A stretch of 64,000 nucleotides of DNA. Origin: Anolis carolinensis. Its lineage: Eukaryota. Position numbers and translations under genes: made by a program. The notes under the pieces are model-generated. The model was not told the origin of the DNA. It saw only the letters and a program-made list of their open reading frames with translations, and searched no databases. The stretch's first letter is position 1, and every line of letters starts with the position of its first letter. The DNA is taken from the NCBI RefSeq assembly GCF_035594765.1, contig NC_085841.1:353843402-353907401 (forward strand). Reading direction: 5' to 3'. This document shows positions 27,181-36,799 of this stretch, piece after piece.

Positions 27181-28389
27181 AAGGACAGTCCATTCTACAG
27201 AGGGGGTTGAAAGAATAAAACCATTTTCCCATTTTCCTGGTATTCTCTTCACCCATGTCGCCGTCATGGAAACAAGCCTCATTTATGAAATGGGAACTGT
27301 GTGTGTGTGTGGGGGGGGGGGGGGAATAACCAGCAAAAACAGGATAAATGCCTTTCCCCCTTTAATTCCCCCACCCACTGGCAAAATGGACTATCCTTCC
27401 CTGTCTAGTATGCCCGGAGAACAGAACAGCACCAAAACCCCCTTGACAGGAAAAGCTTCAATTACTGCTTCCAACTTTTCAAATTAGCAACAAGGGACAG
27501 TAAAAATTCATGACATAGCGGGTAATGGATGAAAGTCTGGAAGTAGCTATTAACAAAATTTTATCTCTACAAAAATACCAAACGGACAGTGATTATTTCC
27601 ATGCAAAAGGGAATACTTGACAACTCTCAATTGGATTCAGCCAGCTCATCCTTTACAATAAGGCACACCTGCCATTTCTTTAAGCAACAAACTTATCAGC
27701 CCTCAAATAAGGGACACCTGGCAACTCTACCTCAGTGTGGTTGTAGGTGAGAAATTACTTGAAGACACACAACAACAAAGCATGTACTGCAGGGTCACAG
27801 CTATCCAATCTTAATATAAATGAACCGGAGTTTAGTTTTTGGGGAGAAGAAGGGAAGTAGCCAGCATGGTGAAATAGTAAGGTTGGACTAGGAGTCCAGG
27901 GCTCAAATTCCAACACAGCAATGGAAAACCACTGGGTGCACTTGGACAGTTCTTGTTCCAAGATCCCATTCTTGGGGTAATAACTGTTGTTGATAGCATT
28001 AAATCATATAATAGTATGGCCTGATTTTATCAAGGTTAGGATTAAGGACCACCACAACTATTGTGCCACATGAACATAATTTTCTGGGAAATAAACCTAA
28101 AGAGTTACTTGAAATTTAATCTGTTGGATTTCCTTCTTCCTTCTCCCCATTGCAAGGAAAGGCCCAGGTATGACAGGAACAAGTACTACGAAGGTATCAA
28201 TTTAGTACCCACATCAGAGAAGTGGAGAGGATTTTAAGTCAAGGAGTCATCATGTCAAAAGATACACACCAAGTCCCTATGAAATCATGGGGTTCCCATG
28301 TCAACAGGTGCCACACACATATGAAACTCATGGCAGCCCCATGTCATATACCCACACTCACCCACAACAACAACAAAAACTTTATTTAG

Positions 28390-28533
28390 CATAGAATCAG
28401 AGTTGGAAGAGACCTCGCAGGTCATCCAGTCCAACCCCCTGCCAAGAAGTAAGAAAATCACATTCAAAGCACCCCTGACAGATGTCAATCCAGTTTCTGC
28501 TTAAAAGCCTCCAAAGAAGGAGCGTCTACCACA
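28390..28533 (-). mobile_element. CR1 3' end fragment
   Basis: Matches the 3' UTR of the CR1 copies at 2994 and 44162. Confidence 0.8.
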
Positions 28534-28829
28534 TCTTATATCCTGATCCATTTCCATGTGTGGACTCAGGGCGGCTCACAGATATAAAAAGGCAAATATT
28601 CAATGCCTTGCACAGTAATAAGTAATACAATATACATAAAATACAATTTAAATAGTATAAAACAAATAGTTATAAAAGCAATAATAACCATCCTATAAAA
28701 CACATTTAAACAACATTCGTAAAGGGGAAATGTAAAAGCCGTTTCCACACACACAATTTATTAAAAATTCATGGGGTCACCATATGTAATACAAAATATA
28801 ATATAAAACAGGGTTGCTGTGTCAACAGG

Positions 28830-28830
<1 letters not shown>

Positions 28831-28882
<52 letters not shown>

Positions 28883-28900
28883 TACACACACACACACACA
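28831..28900. repeat. (TA)n(CA)n microsatellite
   Basis: Read directly. Similar tracts occur at 29190-29233 and 29559-29606. Confidence 0.95.
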
Positions 28901-28904
28901 AAAC

Positions 28905-29187
28905 GTTAAGGTTTCTCCTTGACATTAAGTCTAGGGGTAGGTGCTGATCTCCATTTTTAAGCAGAAGAGCTGGCAGAGCTGGCTCCAAGATCATGTGGCC
29001 GGCATGACAGCGTGGAGCACCATTACCTTCCCACCGGAACGGGACCTATTGATCTACTCACTTTGCATTTTTTTGAACTGCTAGGTTGGCAGAAGCTGGG
29101 GCTAACAGCAGGAGCTCAACCCGCTCCCCAGATTCGGTCGGCAAGTTCAACAGCTCAGCTATTTAATTTGCTGCACCACTGGAGGCT

Positions 29188-29189
<2 letters not shown>
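28905..29189 (-). mobile_element. Sauria SINE (older, internally deleted)
   Basis: Reverse-complement similarity to 7421-7752 with several deletions. Confidence 0.85.
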
Positions 29190-29234
<45 letters not shown>

Positions 29235-29558
29235 AGTAAAGGTTTCCCCTGACCTTAAGTCCAGTCGTGTCCGACTCTGGGGGTTGGTGCTCATCTCCAT
29301 TTCTAAGCCGAAGAACCGGCGTTATCCGTAGACACCTCCAAGGTCATGCGGCCGGCATGACTGCATGGAACGCTGTTACCTTCCCGCCGGAGCGGTACCT
29401 ATTGATCTACTCACATTGGCATGTTTTCGAACTGCTAGGTTAGCAGAAGCTGGAGCTAACAGCGGGCACTCACTCCGCTCCTCGGGTTTGAACCTGGGAC
29501 CTTTCGGTCTGCAAGTTCAGCAGCTCAGTGCTTTAACACACTGAGCCACCGGAGGTTC
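29235..29558 (-). mobile_element. Sauria SINE
   Basis: Near full-length reverse complement of 7421-7752. Confidence 0.92.
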
Positions 29559-29610
<52 letters not shown>

Positions 29611-29903
29611 TATATTCCTATGGAATATGCATATATACATAGATGTATACACCTATCTCTATGGAATTCATAGGGCCCCCATGTCAATAGGTGATGCACA
29701 CACAGGCACCTCATGAAATCCATGAGGTTGCCTTGCCAACAGCCAAAATGGGGATATCCATAGGATTTCCATGTCAACAGGTTTTATACACATATGACGC
29801 CATGGATTTCATATGGATTTCTGAGGCAAGGCAATAAGAATACCCGATTATTGAGGAAAAACAAGTATGTACATGCACACACATATACAGTACATTATCA
29901 TAT

Positions 29904-30078
29904 CAAACTTGGGCCTTCCCTCCAGGTGTTTTGGACTTCAACTCCCGCCATTCCTAACCGCCTCAGGCCCCTTCCTTTTCCCCCTCAGCCGCTTAAGGAA
30001 GGGGCCTGAGGCGGTTAGGAATGGCGGGAGTTGAAGTCCAAAACACCTGGAGGGAAGGCCCAAGTTGGCCCAGGCTTG
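29904..30078. mobile_element. hAT MITE forming a perfect 72-bp-arm palindrome
   Basis: 29906-29977 is the exact reverse complement of 29995-30066 (17-nt loop); the left TIR end is lost. Confidence 0.9.
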
Positions 30079-30149
30079 TTGTATATATACACACAAACTT
30101 GTTTTCCTTAGGTTTTCGCCTTTTCGTTTTCCTCAGCTTTTTTACCTCA

Positions 30150-30680
30150 GAAGAGCAAGCTCAACTCACTAAAACAGGCACTCCTTGACCTGAGGGAATG
30201 AATGGAGAAGAGGCAGAGGCAACGCGTTCTTATTGGCTCCCGCCGGCCACGCCCCCTCGCTCCTTCTCCTCCCCCCTCCCTCCCCGCCGTGGCTCGCGCC
30301 CTTCGCGAGCAGTAGCACGCGCCTCGCCCTCGCGCCCTTCGCCAACCAGCCCGCCCGGGGCTGCACAAAAAAAAAAGCAAAGCACTCCAAAATGCAAGCA
30401 AGCGGCAGCTGCTTGCTTGCTGGCTTGCTTGCTCGCATTAAACAGAGCCGGAGGTGGCGGCAGGCGGCTGCAAAGCGCGCCGACGCCTTCCTCACTCCCT
30501 TCCTTCCAACATCCACGCCCTCCCTTTCTTTCCACGCTCCAAATTTATAGGTTTGTTTTTTTTCCAAAATACATAAATATAATATATTTATATATATATA
30601 TGCCAAGCTAATTGGCCGCCCGCGCCCTCTGCTGGAGAGCGATACATTTCCTACGTTTTCCCTCCCACGCTAAGGTGGGT
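30150..30680. promoter_or_regulatory. Second CpG island inside JAG2 intron 2 (promoter/enhancer-like)
   Basis: CpG-dense unique sequence with an ATTGG/CCAAT box (~30232), CCACGCCC KLF/Sp sites (~30247, ~30513) and GCGCGC runs. Not recognisable as a TE. Confidence 0.7.
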
Positions 30681-30867
30681 TCAACCGCCTGCAAGTCACA
30701 ACGACACAGAAAAGAACAGATTAATTTGGATTTTTTTCCCCCTCCTTCCTTTCCTTTGCAAAGGGGTTTGGCCGCTCACACCTGGATCTCTTGCAATGAG
30801 ACAAGACCTGTCACGCAAACGAGTTCCTTCCTTTCTCTCTCTTTAGTGAGGAATCCGCCTCACTTCA

Positions 30868-31391
30868 GGGTGCATCTGCACTGTACAGTTAATGCAGTTC
30901 AGTACCGTTCTTTTAACTCCAATGGCTCACTGCTCTAGAATCATGGAAGGTGTAGTTTTACACAAGTCTTTGGCTCAGGATTCTATAACATTGAGCCATG
31001 GCAGTTAAGCTGGAATCAAACTGTAAATTAAGAACATCCACACAGAAAACAGAGGAATTCCAGATATGAATCAATCGGGGCCAACTAACACCTCCAAACA
31101 AAGAATTCCCCCAGGCAGGATGCAGCAACACTATTCAATGCTAATCAAGGTGGCCAACTGCAATATTCACACCTCAAACAGACAAGAGTTCTTTCTTCCA
31201 CCCTGGACATTCCACAGACATATAAACTCCACTTGACTAGTTTCCAACAGATGTCACAATCTCTGAGGGTGCCTCCAATAGATGCAGGCAAAATGTCAGG
31301 AAAGAATGCTTCTGGAACATGACCATGCAGCCCGGAAAAATTCACAGCAACCCAGTTCAAACTGTATTAATTCTACAGTATAGATGTTCTC
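30868..31391. mobile_element. GGGTGCATCTACACTG-TIR MITE (possibly Harbinger/PIF-type) interrupted by a Penelope insertion
   Basis: Left TIR at 30868, right TIR CAGTATAGATGTTCTC at ~31391; the MITE sequence resumes after the Penelope TSD. Confidence 0.75.
31026..31356 (+). mobile_element. Penelope-like element pLTR fragment
   Basis: Homologous to 35246-35649; 10-bp TSD TCAAACTGTA (31016-31025, 31357-31366). Confidence 0.82.
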
Positions 31392-31621
31392 TCCATTCTA
31401 TGGATTCCTGGGATTGGCTGATTTGCCTCACCAAACTACAACTCCCGTGGCGGTCAAAGGGGTGTCAAGCTGCAATAAGGCTACAGTGTGGACACACTGC
31501 AGATTAAACTGGACCATCATATGCCACAAAACTCCACTTTGGGACTTTTCCCGGTTCCATGAAAAACCTCTCTTCTGAATCCAGAATGAAATCAGAGATT
31601 TTCAGGTTGCTCTCCTTGCTT

Positions 31622-31999
31622 GGACTCATCTATACTATGGAATTAATGCAGCTTGGCACAACTTGAACTGCCATGGCTGAATGCTATGGAATCCTGGGAG
31701 TTGTAGCCCTCTCTGCCAGAGATCAGGCTCACTACACTACAGATCCCAAGATTCCGTAGCACTGGAATCCTGTGAGATGTAGTTTCACAAGGTCTTTAGC
31801 CTTGTCTGCCAGAGTCAAGGCTTACCAAACTACAGATCAAAAGATTCCATAGCATTGGAATACTGGAAGATGTAGTTTCACAAGGTCTTGTCTGCCAGAG
31901 ACAATGCTCACCAAACTACAATCTCAAGATCCCATAGTACTGAGCCGCAACACTTAAAGTGGTGTCAAGCTGGATTAATTCTACAGTGTAGATGTACCC
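31622..31999. mobile_element. GGGTGCATCTACACTG-family MITE with an internal ~90-bp triplication
   Basis: Right TIR CAGTGTAGATGTACCC; three internal copies of TCTGCCAGAG...ACTACA...GAT(T/C)CC. Confidence 0.75.
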
Positions 32000-32224
32000 T
32001 ATGAGGAAGAGAAAATACAGAGTCCCATACTCACAAGTCAAGAGTGAAAAGAACAAAAAACAGTCTTAATTTTTGCACCAAAAGCAGAAACACTGCAAAA
32101 ATATACAATATTTGTAAAAGAGGTTGACCAAGAGAGAAAAATAATTACAATAACAGTCATACAGAAGTTATTGGTGGACAAAAAAAAAAAAGTCCATTGA
32201 GGGGAAATATTGAAATGTACCTAC

Positions 32225-32560
32225 CGGCCAAGCAAACTGGAATGGGATCACAATCCTGCCCATGTCGGAACTCTTCCCCACGTGAAAACCAGTACGGGTG
32301 TTGAGATAAAAAGTATTTCCACCAAGAACAGGGGTAGATCCAGCGCCGAAGCTGCACTGCCCGGTGGGCGTGATTTTGGCCTGGTATTCCTTCAAGCAGA
32401 CCTTGATGTAAGTATCGCATTCGTCCCGGTTGCAGTCTGAACGGAGAAGGGGGGCCTCGGCCGGGCCGCCACCATCGCAACACTCCCCATTCAACAATTC
32501 TCCGTTGACATTCCTCACCGCGTTAATCTGCAGCTCGAAATAACCAGTGGACTGCGAGAC
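32225..32560 (-). CDS. JAG2: Jagged-2 coding exon 2 (N-terminal MNNL/C2 domain)
   Basis: Acceptor ttatttttag|GTC at 32561/32560 and donor TGGCCG|gtaggt at 32225/32224; 336 nt, phase 0/0. Translation [30 protein letters not shown]...[44 protein letters not shown]...[32 protein letters not shown] and IPFQFAWP are JAG2-type rather than JAG1-type. Confidence 0.96.
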
Positions 32561-32641
32561 CTAAAAATAAGGAAAAGTCCAATATATAACTCATGCATAC
32601 ACACATACTGTATATGTATTGCCCTCAGAGTCTATCTATCG

Positions 32642-32774
32642 CATGCATGGGCAAACTTTGGCCCTCCGGGTGTTTTGGACTTCAACTCCCACCATTCCTA
32701 ATGGCCTGAGGCCATTAGGAATGGTGGGAGTTGAAGTCCAAAACACCCGGAGGGCCAAAGTTTGCCCATATCTG
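32642..32774. mobile_element. hAT MITE, perfect 60-bp-arm hairpin, nested in the TIR of an older MITE (32628-32952)
   Basis: 32647-32706 is the exact reverse complement of 32710-32769 (loop TGA); flanks ATCTATCG/ATCTACAC. Confidence 0.9.
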
Positions 32775-33186
32775 ATCTACACTGTGTAATTCATGCAGTT
32801 TGACAACACTTGAACTGCCATGGTTCAGTGTTAAGGAATCCTTGGGAGTTGTAGTTTTATAAGGTCTTTAGAGTACAGAGGATTCCATAGCACTAAGCCA
32901 TGGCAGTTTAAGTGGCGCCAAACTGCATTACTTCTACATTGTAGATGTGCCCTGGGCACCATTACTCAGACGTAACGCCTATATTAGGGTGCATCAACAC
33001 ATTGTCGAATTAATGCATTTTTGGCACCACTTTAATGGCCGTGGAATCATAGGACTTGTAACTTCGCTACTAGAAAGTGCTGGAGCCTCACTGAACTATA
33101 CATTCCACTGGTTATGAACTCATAGACAATATAGAGGCAACGCAACTTGAAACCATTGACATGGCTCCATGCTATGGAATGATGGG

Positions 33187-34094
33187 GTTTGTAGTTCGGT
33201 GAGGCTTCATCGCTCTTGGGTAGAGAGGGCTAAAAACCTTGCAAAACTGCAAATCCCAGGAATCCATAGGATGGGAGGGTGCATCTACACTATATGCAGT
33301 CTCACACTGCTTTAACTGCCATGGCTCAATGCTATGGGATCCTGGGAGTTGTAGCATGGCAAGTATTTAGCCTTCTCAAATTATGAATCTCACCAATTAG
33401 GTTTGTAATTTGGCGAAGTACCATTGCCCTTGGTAGAGAGGGCTAAAGACCTTGCAAAACTGTAAATCCCAGGAGTCCATAGGATGGAGGATGCAACTAC
33501 ACTATATGCCATCTGCATCTATATGCAGTCTCACACTGTTTTAACTGTCATGGCTCAATGCTATGGGATCCTTAAGTTGTAGCTTGGAAAGACTTTAGCC
33601 TTCTCTGTGTGTCACCAAACTACGAATCTCACCAATTAAGTTTGTAGTTTGGCAAAGTACCATTGCCCTTGGTAGAGAGAACTAAAGACCTTGCAAAACT
33701 GCGAATCCCAGGAGTCCATAGGATGGAGGATGCAACTACACTATATGCCATCTACATCTATATGAAGTCTCACACTGCTTTAACTGTCGTGGCTCAATGC
33801 TATGGGTTCCTGGGAGTTGTAGTTTGGCGAGTCTTTTGCCTTCTCTGTGCGTCACCAAACTATGAATCTCACCAATTAAGGTTGTAGTTTGGCGATGTAG
33901 AGATGGCTGAACCTTGCAAAACTACCAACCCCAACAGTCCAAAGGATGTAGGTACGTCTACACCATATGTCATCTATATGCAGTCTCACACTGCTTTGAC
34001 TGCCATGGCTCAATGCTATGGGATTTTGTGAGTTGTAGTTTGGCAAGTTTTTAGCCTTCTCTGTGCATCACCAAACTATGAATCTCACCAATTA
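33187..34094. repeat. ~240-bp tandem repeat, about 4 copies, MITE-derived
   Basis: Marker AATCTCACCAATTA at 33386, 33625, 33865 and 34081. Confidence 0.9.
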
Positions 34095-35245
34095 CAAGTG
34101 CGTCTACACTGTATAATTAATGCAGTTTGGCAACACTTGAACTGCAATAGTTCAGTCCTATGGAATCCTTGGAAGTTGTGGTTTTATAAGGTCTAAGAGT
34201 ACAAAGGATTCCATAACTCTCCAGGATTATGAAATTATGGGATCTATAGGTTGGTGAAGTACTCTTTGGCAAGAGAGGCCCAATAACCTTGCAAAACTAG
34301 AAATCCCTGGATCCCCACTGCCATTAAAGTGCTTCCAAATTGCAGTATGGAGTTCCCTCCACCAAGCAGCCTTCCAGTGAAAACTATTGAAACTAGGCGC
34401 GCTCTTAAAAGAGGATCAAGCTTTGTGGGGAGGGGGGAGGAAGAGAAAAGGAGCGAAATATTCCTTTTGCTAAACTGCTTGGAAGCTGCCTTAAAGGAAC
34501 CCTGCAAAAAAGGCGACTCCGTTTGCCACTGGAAGCAACGCTTCTTAATAATATAACAATACAAATAAAAATGCATCTCCAGGGCGGTATTTTAAGAGGC
34601 GCGCCCTATTCCTAGCAAAGACCGGGAGCCATGCAGAAAGAAAGAAAAGTCCGGGAAACATGAGGCTGGAGCAACTGTGCTAGATTATAATGCATTGTAT
34701 GGAAATTCTGGATTGTGGGCGTCTACACTGCCCATATAACGTAGTTCCAAGCAAGAGAAGAAGCCAAATTACAACCACCCTCATGCATTGCAAACGTGGA
34801 GTGCCAAGTTCTTCCAAACCATAGACAAACATACATAGATATGCATCAAACCCTTCCAAGTTCTTCCAAACTAAATGGGCAAACGTGCAGCAAACCCTTC
34901 CGAATCGCCCCTTCATACTAGTTAAGACTCTTAATTAAGTTTGAATTTTCAAATATATACATTTATCTTTGCAAGGTGGGCAAAGGATCAATTTTTAATA
35001 TATATTTTTTAATTTTTAAAAAAATTATCTTTGCAAAGTGGGCAAGGCTTCTCCCTTCAAGAGAGACCCTTAAACGTTTTATTTAAATATACATTTATGT
35101 TTGCAAAGTGGACCAGGCTTACTCCTCCTCCTTCCCTTCAAGAGAGACTCTTTATATTTAATTTTTAAATAAAAGCAGTGTATTTGCAAAGTGGACAAGA
35201 CTTGCTCTCTCCTTTAACTGTCTAAAGAAAATCTATCTTTGCAAA

Positions 35246-35649
35246 AATCTGGCTACCAATATTGAAAGTAAAACTCTAAAATCAGAAAACAGAGGAATTT
35301 CAGACATGAAACAATCAGGGCCAGCTAACACCTCCCTACAAAGGATTCCCCCAAGCAGTAAACAGCCAGGCTTTGAAGCTGCAAGGCCATTCAATGCTAA
35401 TCAAGGTGGCCAACTGAAACATTCACACCTGCCTCAAACAGGCAAGAGTTCTTTCTCCCATTATAGACATTCCACATACTGTATATATAAACCCCACTTG
35501 ACTAGTTTCCAACAGACCTCACAACCTCAAAGGATGCCTGCCACAGATGCAGGCGAAACGTCAGGAGAGAATGCTTCTGGAACATGGCCATACAGCCCGG
35601 AAAACTCACAGCAACCTAGTGATTCTGGCCATGAAAGCCTTCGACAACA
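35246..35649 (+). mobile_element. Penelope-like element pLTR fragment
   Basis: Ends in GATTCTGGCCATGAAAGCCTTCGACAACA, carries a hammerhead-like motif, and is flanked by TATCTTTGCAAA (35234-35245, 35650-35661). Confidence 0.85.
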
Positions 35650-36028
35650 TATCTTTGCAAAGGCTTCCCTTCCCTTTCGAGAGAGACCCATTTGCCTTAA
35701 ACTCTCACCCATTGCAGTTTAATATATATAAAAATATATTTGCAAGATCCATTAGTTTTAGTTTGACCCACTGCAGTTTGATATGTATCTGCAAAGACTT
35801 ATTTGTGTTTAAAGTTTAACCCACTGCAGTTTGATGTATATATTACTAATATATATATCAATATTACAATATTACTAATATTACTAATAATATTACCATA
35901 TAATGATATAGTACAATATAGTAATTTAATGCTTATATTGTGCTATGCTAATAATATATTGTATGTACATTTGATTTGTAAGCCGCTGAATCCACTTCGG
36001 GATGAGAAAAGCGGGATATAGTAAATAA

Positions 36029-36071
<43 letters not shown>

Positions 36072-36074
<3 letters not shown>

Positions 36075-36394
36075 TAGAGTCTCACTTATCCAACATAAAC
36101 GGGCCGGCAGAATGTTGGATAAGCGAATATGTTGGATAATAAGGAGGGATTAAGGAAAAGCCTATTAAACATCAAATTAGGTTATGATTTTACAAATTAA
36201 GCATCAAAACATCATGTTTTACAACAAATTTGACAGAAAAAGCAGTTCAATACACAGTAATGTTATGTTGTAATTACTGTATTTATGAATTTAGCACCGA
36301 AATATCATGATATATTGAAAACATTGACTACAAAAAAGCGTTGGATAATCCAGAACGTTGGATAAGCGAGTGTTGGATAAGTGAGACTCTACTG
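36072..36394 (+). mobile_element. Mariner/pogo-type MITE inserted in (TA)n
   Basis: Perfect TIR CAGTAGAGTCTCACTTATCCAACA / TGTTGGATAAGTGAGACTCTACTG with TA on both sides. Confidence 0.93.
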
Positions 36395-36799
36395 TATATA
36401 TATAGATGTAGATGTATATATATATTTCCAAGACCCATTAGAGTTTCATCCATTGCAGTTTATATATTTGCAAGACCCATTTCACCCATTGCAGTTTGAT
36501 ATCTGCAAAGACCCATTTGTTTTCAAGTTTCACCTATTGCAGTTTGAGTCATATATATCAATATATATATATATATTATATCTCCATTGGTTTTAGTTCC
36601 ACCCATTGCAGTTTGATATCTACCTATCTGCAAAGACCCACTTGTTTTCAAGTTTCACCCATTGCAGTTTGAGATATATATATATATCTCGCCTCAATGG
36701 AGATAAGAGCGGGATAATTCATCATAATAACGTAAGTGGGTGAAACCTTGCTCTCTCCAGCCTAAGGAAATGAATCAAGTAACGGAGGAAGGCAGAGTT

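Larger units (their letters stand above)
1..32224 (-). other. JAG2: JAG2 intron 2 (partial, continues beyond window start)
   Basis: Starts at the GT donor after exon 2. By eye I found no minus-strand match to the expected short exon 3 (RSFTL..EAWDWDN-like). Confidence 0.7.
34960..36680. repeat. Degenerate minisatellites (ATCTTTGCAAAG... and CCCATTGCAGTTTG...) split by later insertions
   Basis: About 5 copies of the TTTGCAAAGTGG-like unit at 34960-35245 and about 8 copies of the CCCATTGCAGTTT unit at 35700-35835 and 36440-36670. Confidence 0.8.

Noticed and set aside
30147-30938. Overlapping ORFs in the intronic CpG island (and 36798-37687) as proteins
   Set aside because: Low-complexity ORFs in several frames are expected in GC-rich DNA; no recognisable domains.
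32168-32518. 116-aa ORF as a complete gene
   Set aside because: It is JAG2 exon 2 read through the donor into intron 2; the true boundaries are 32225-32560.
33187-36680. Regularly spaced repeats as a CRISPR-like array
   Set aside because: Eukaryotic intron; whole units are homologous (no unique spacers) and there are no cas genes.
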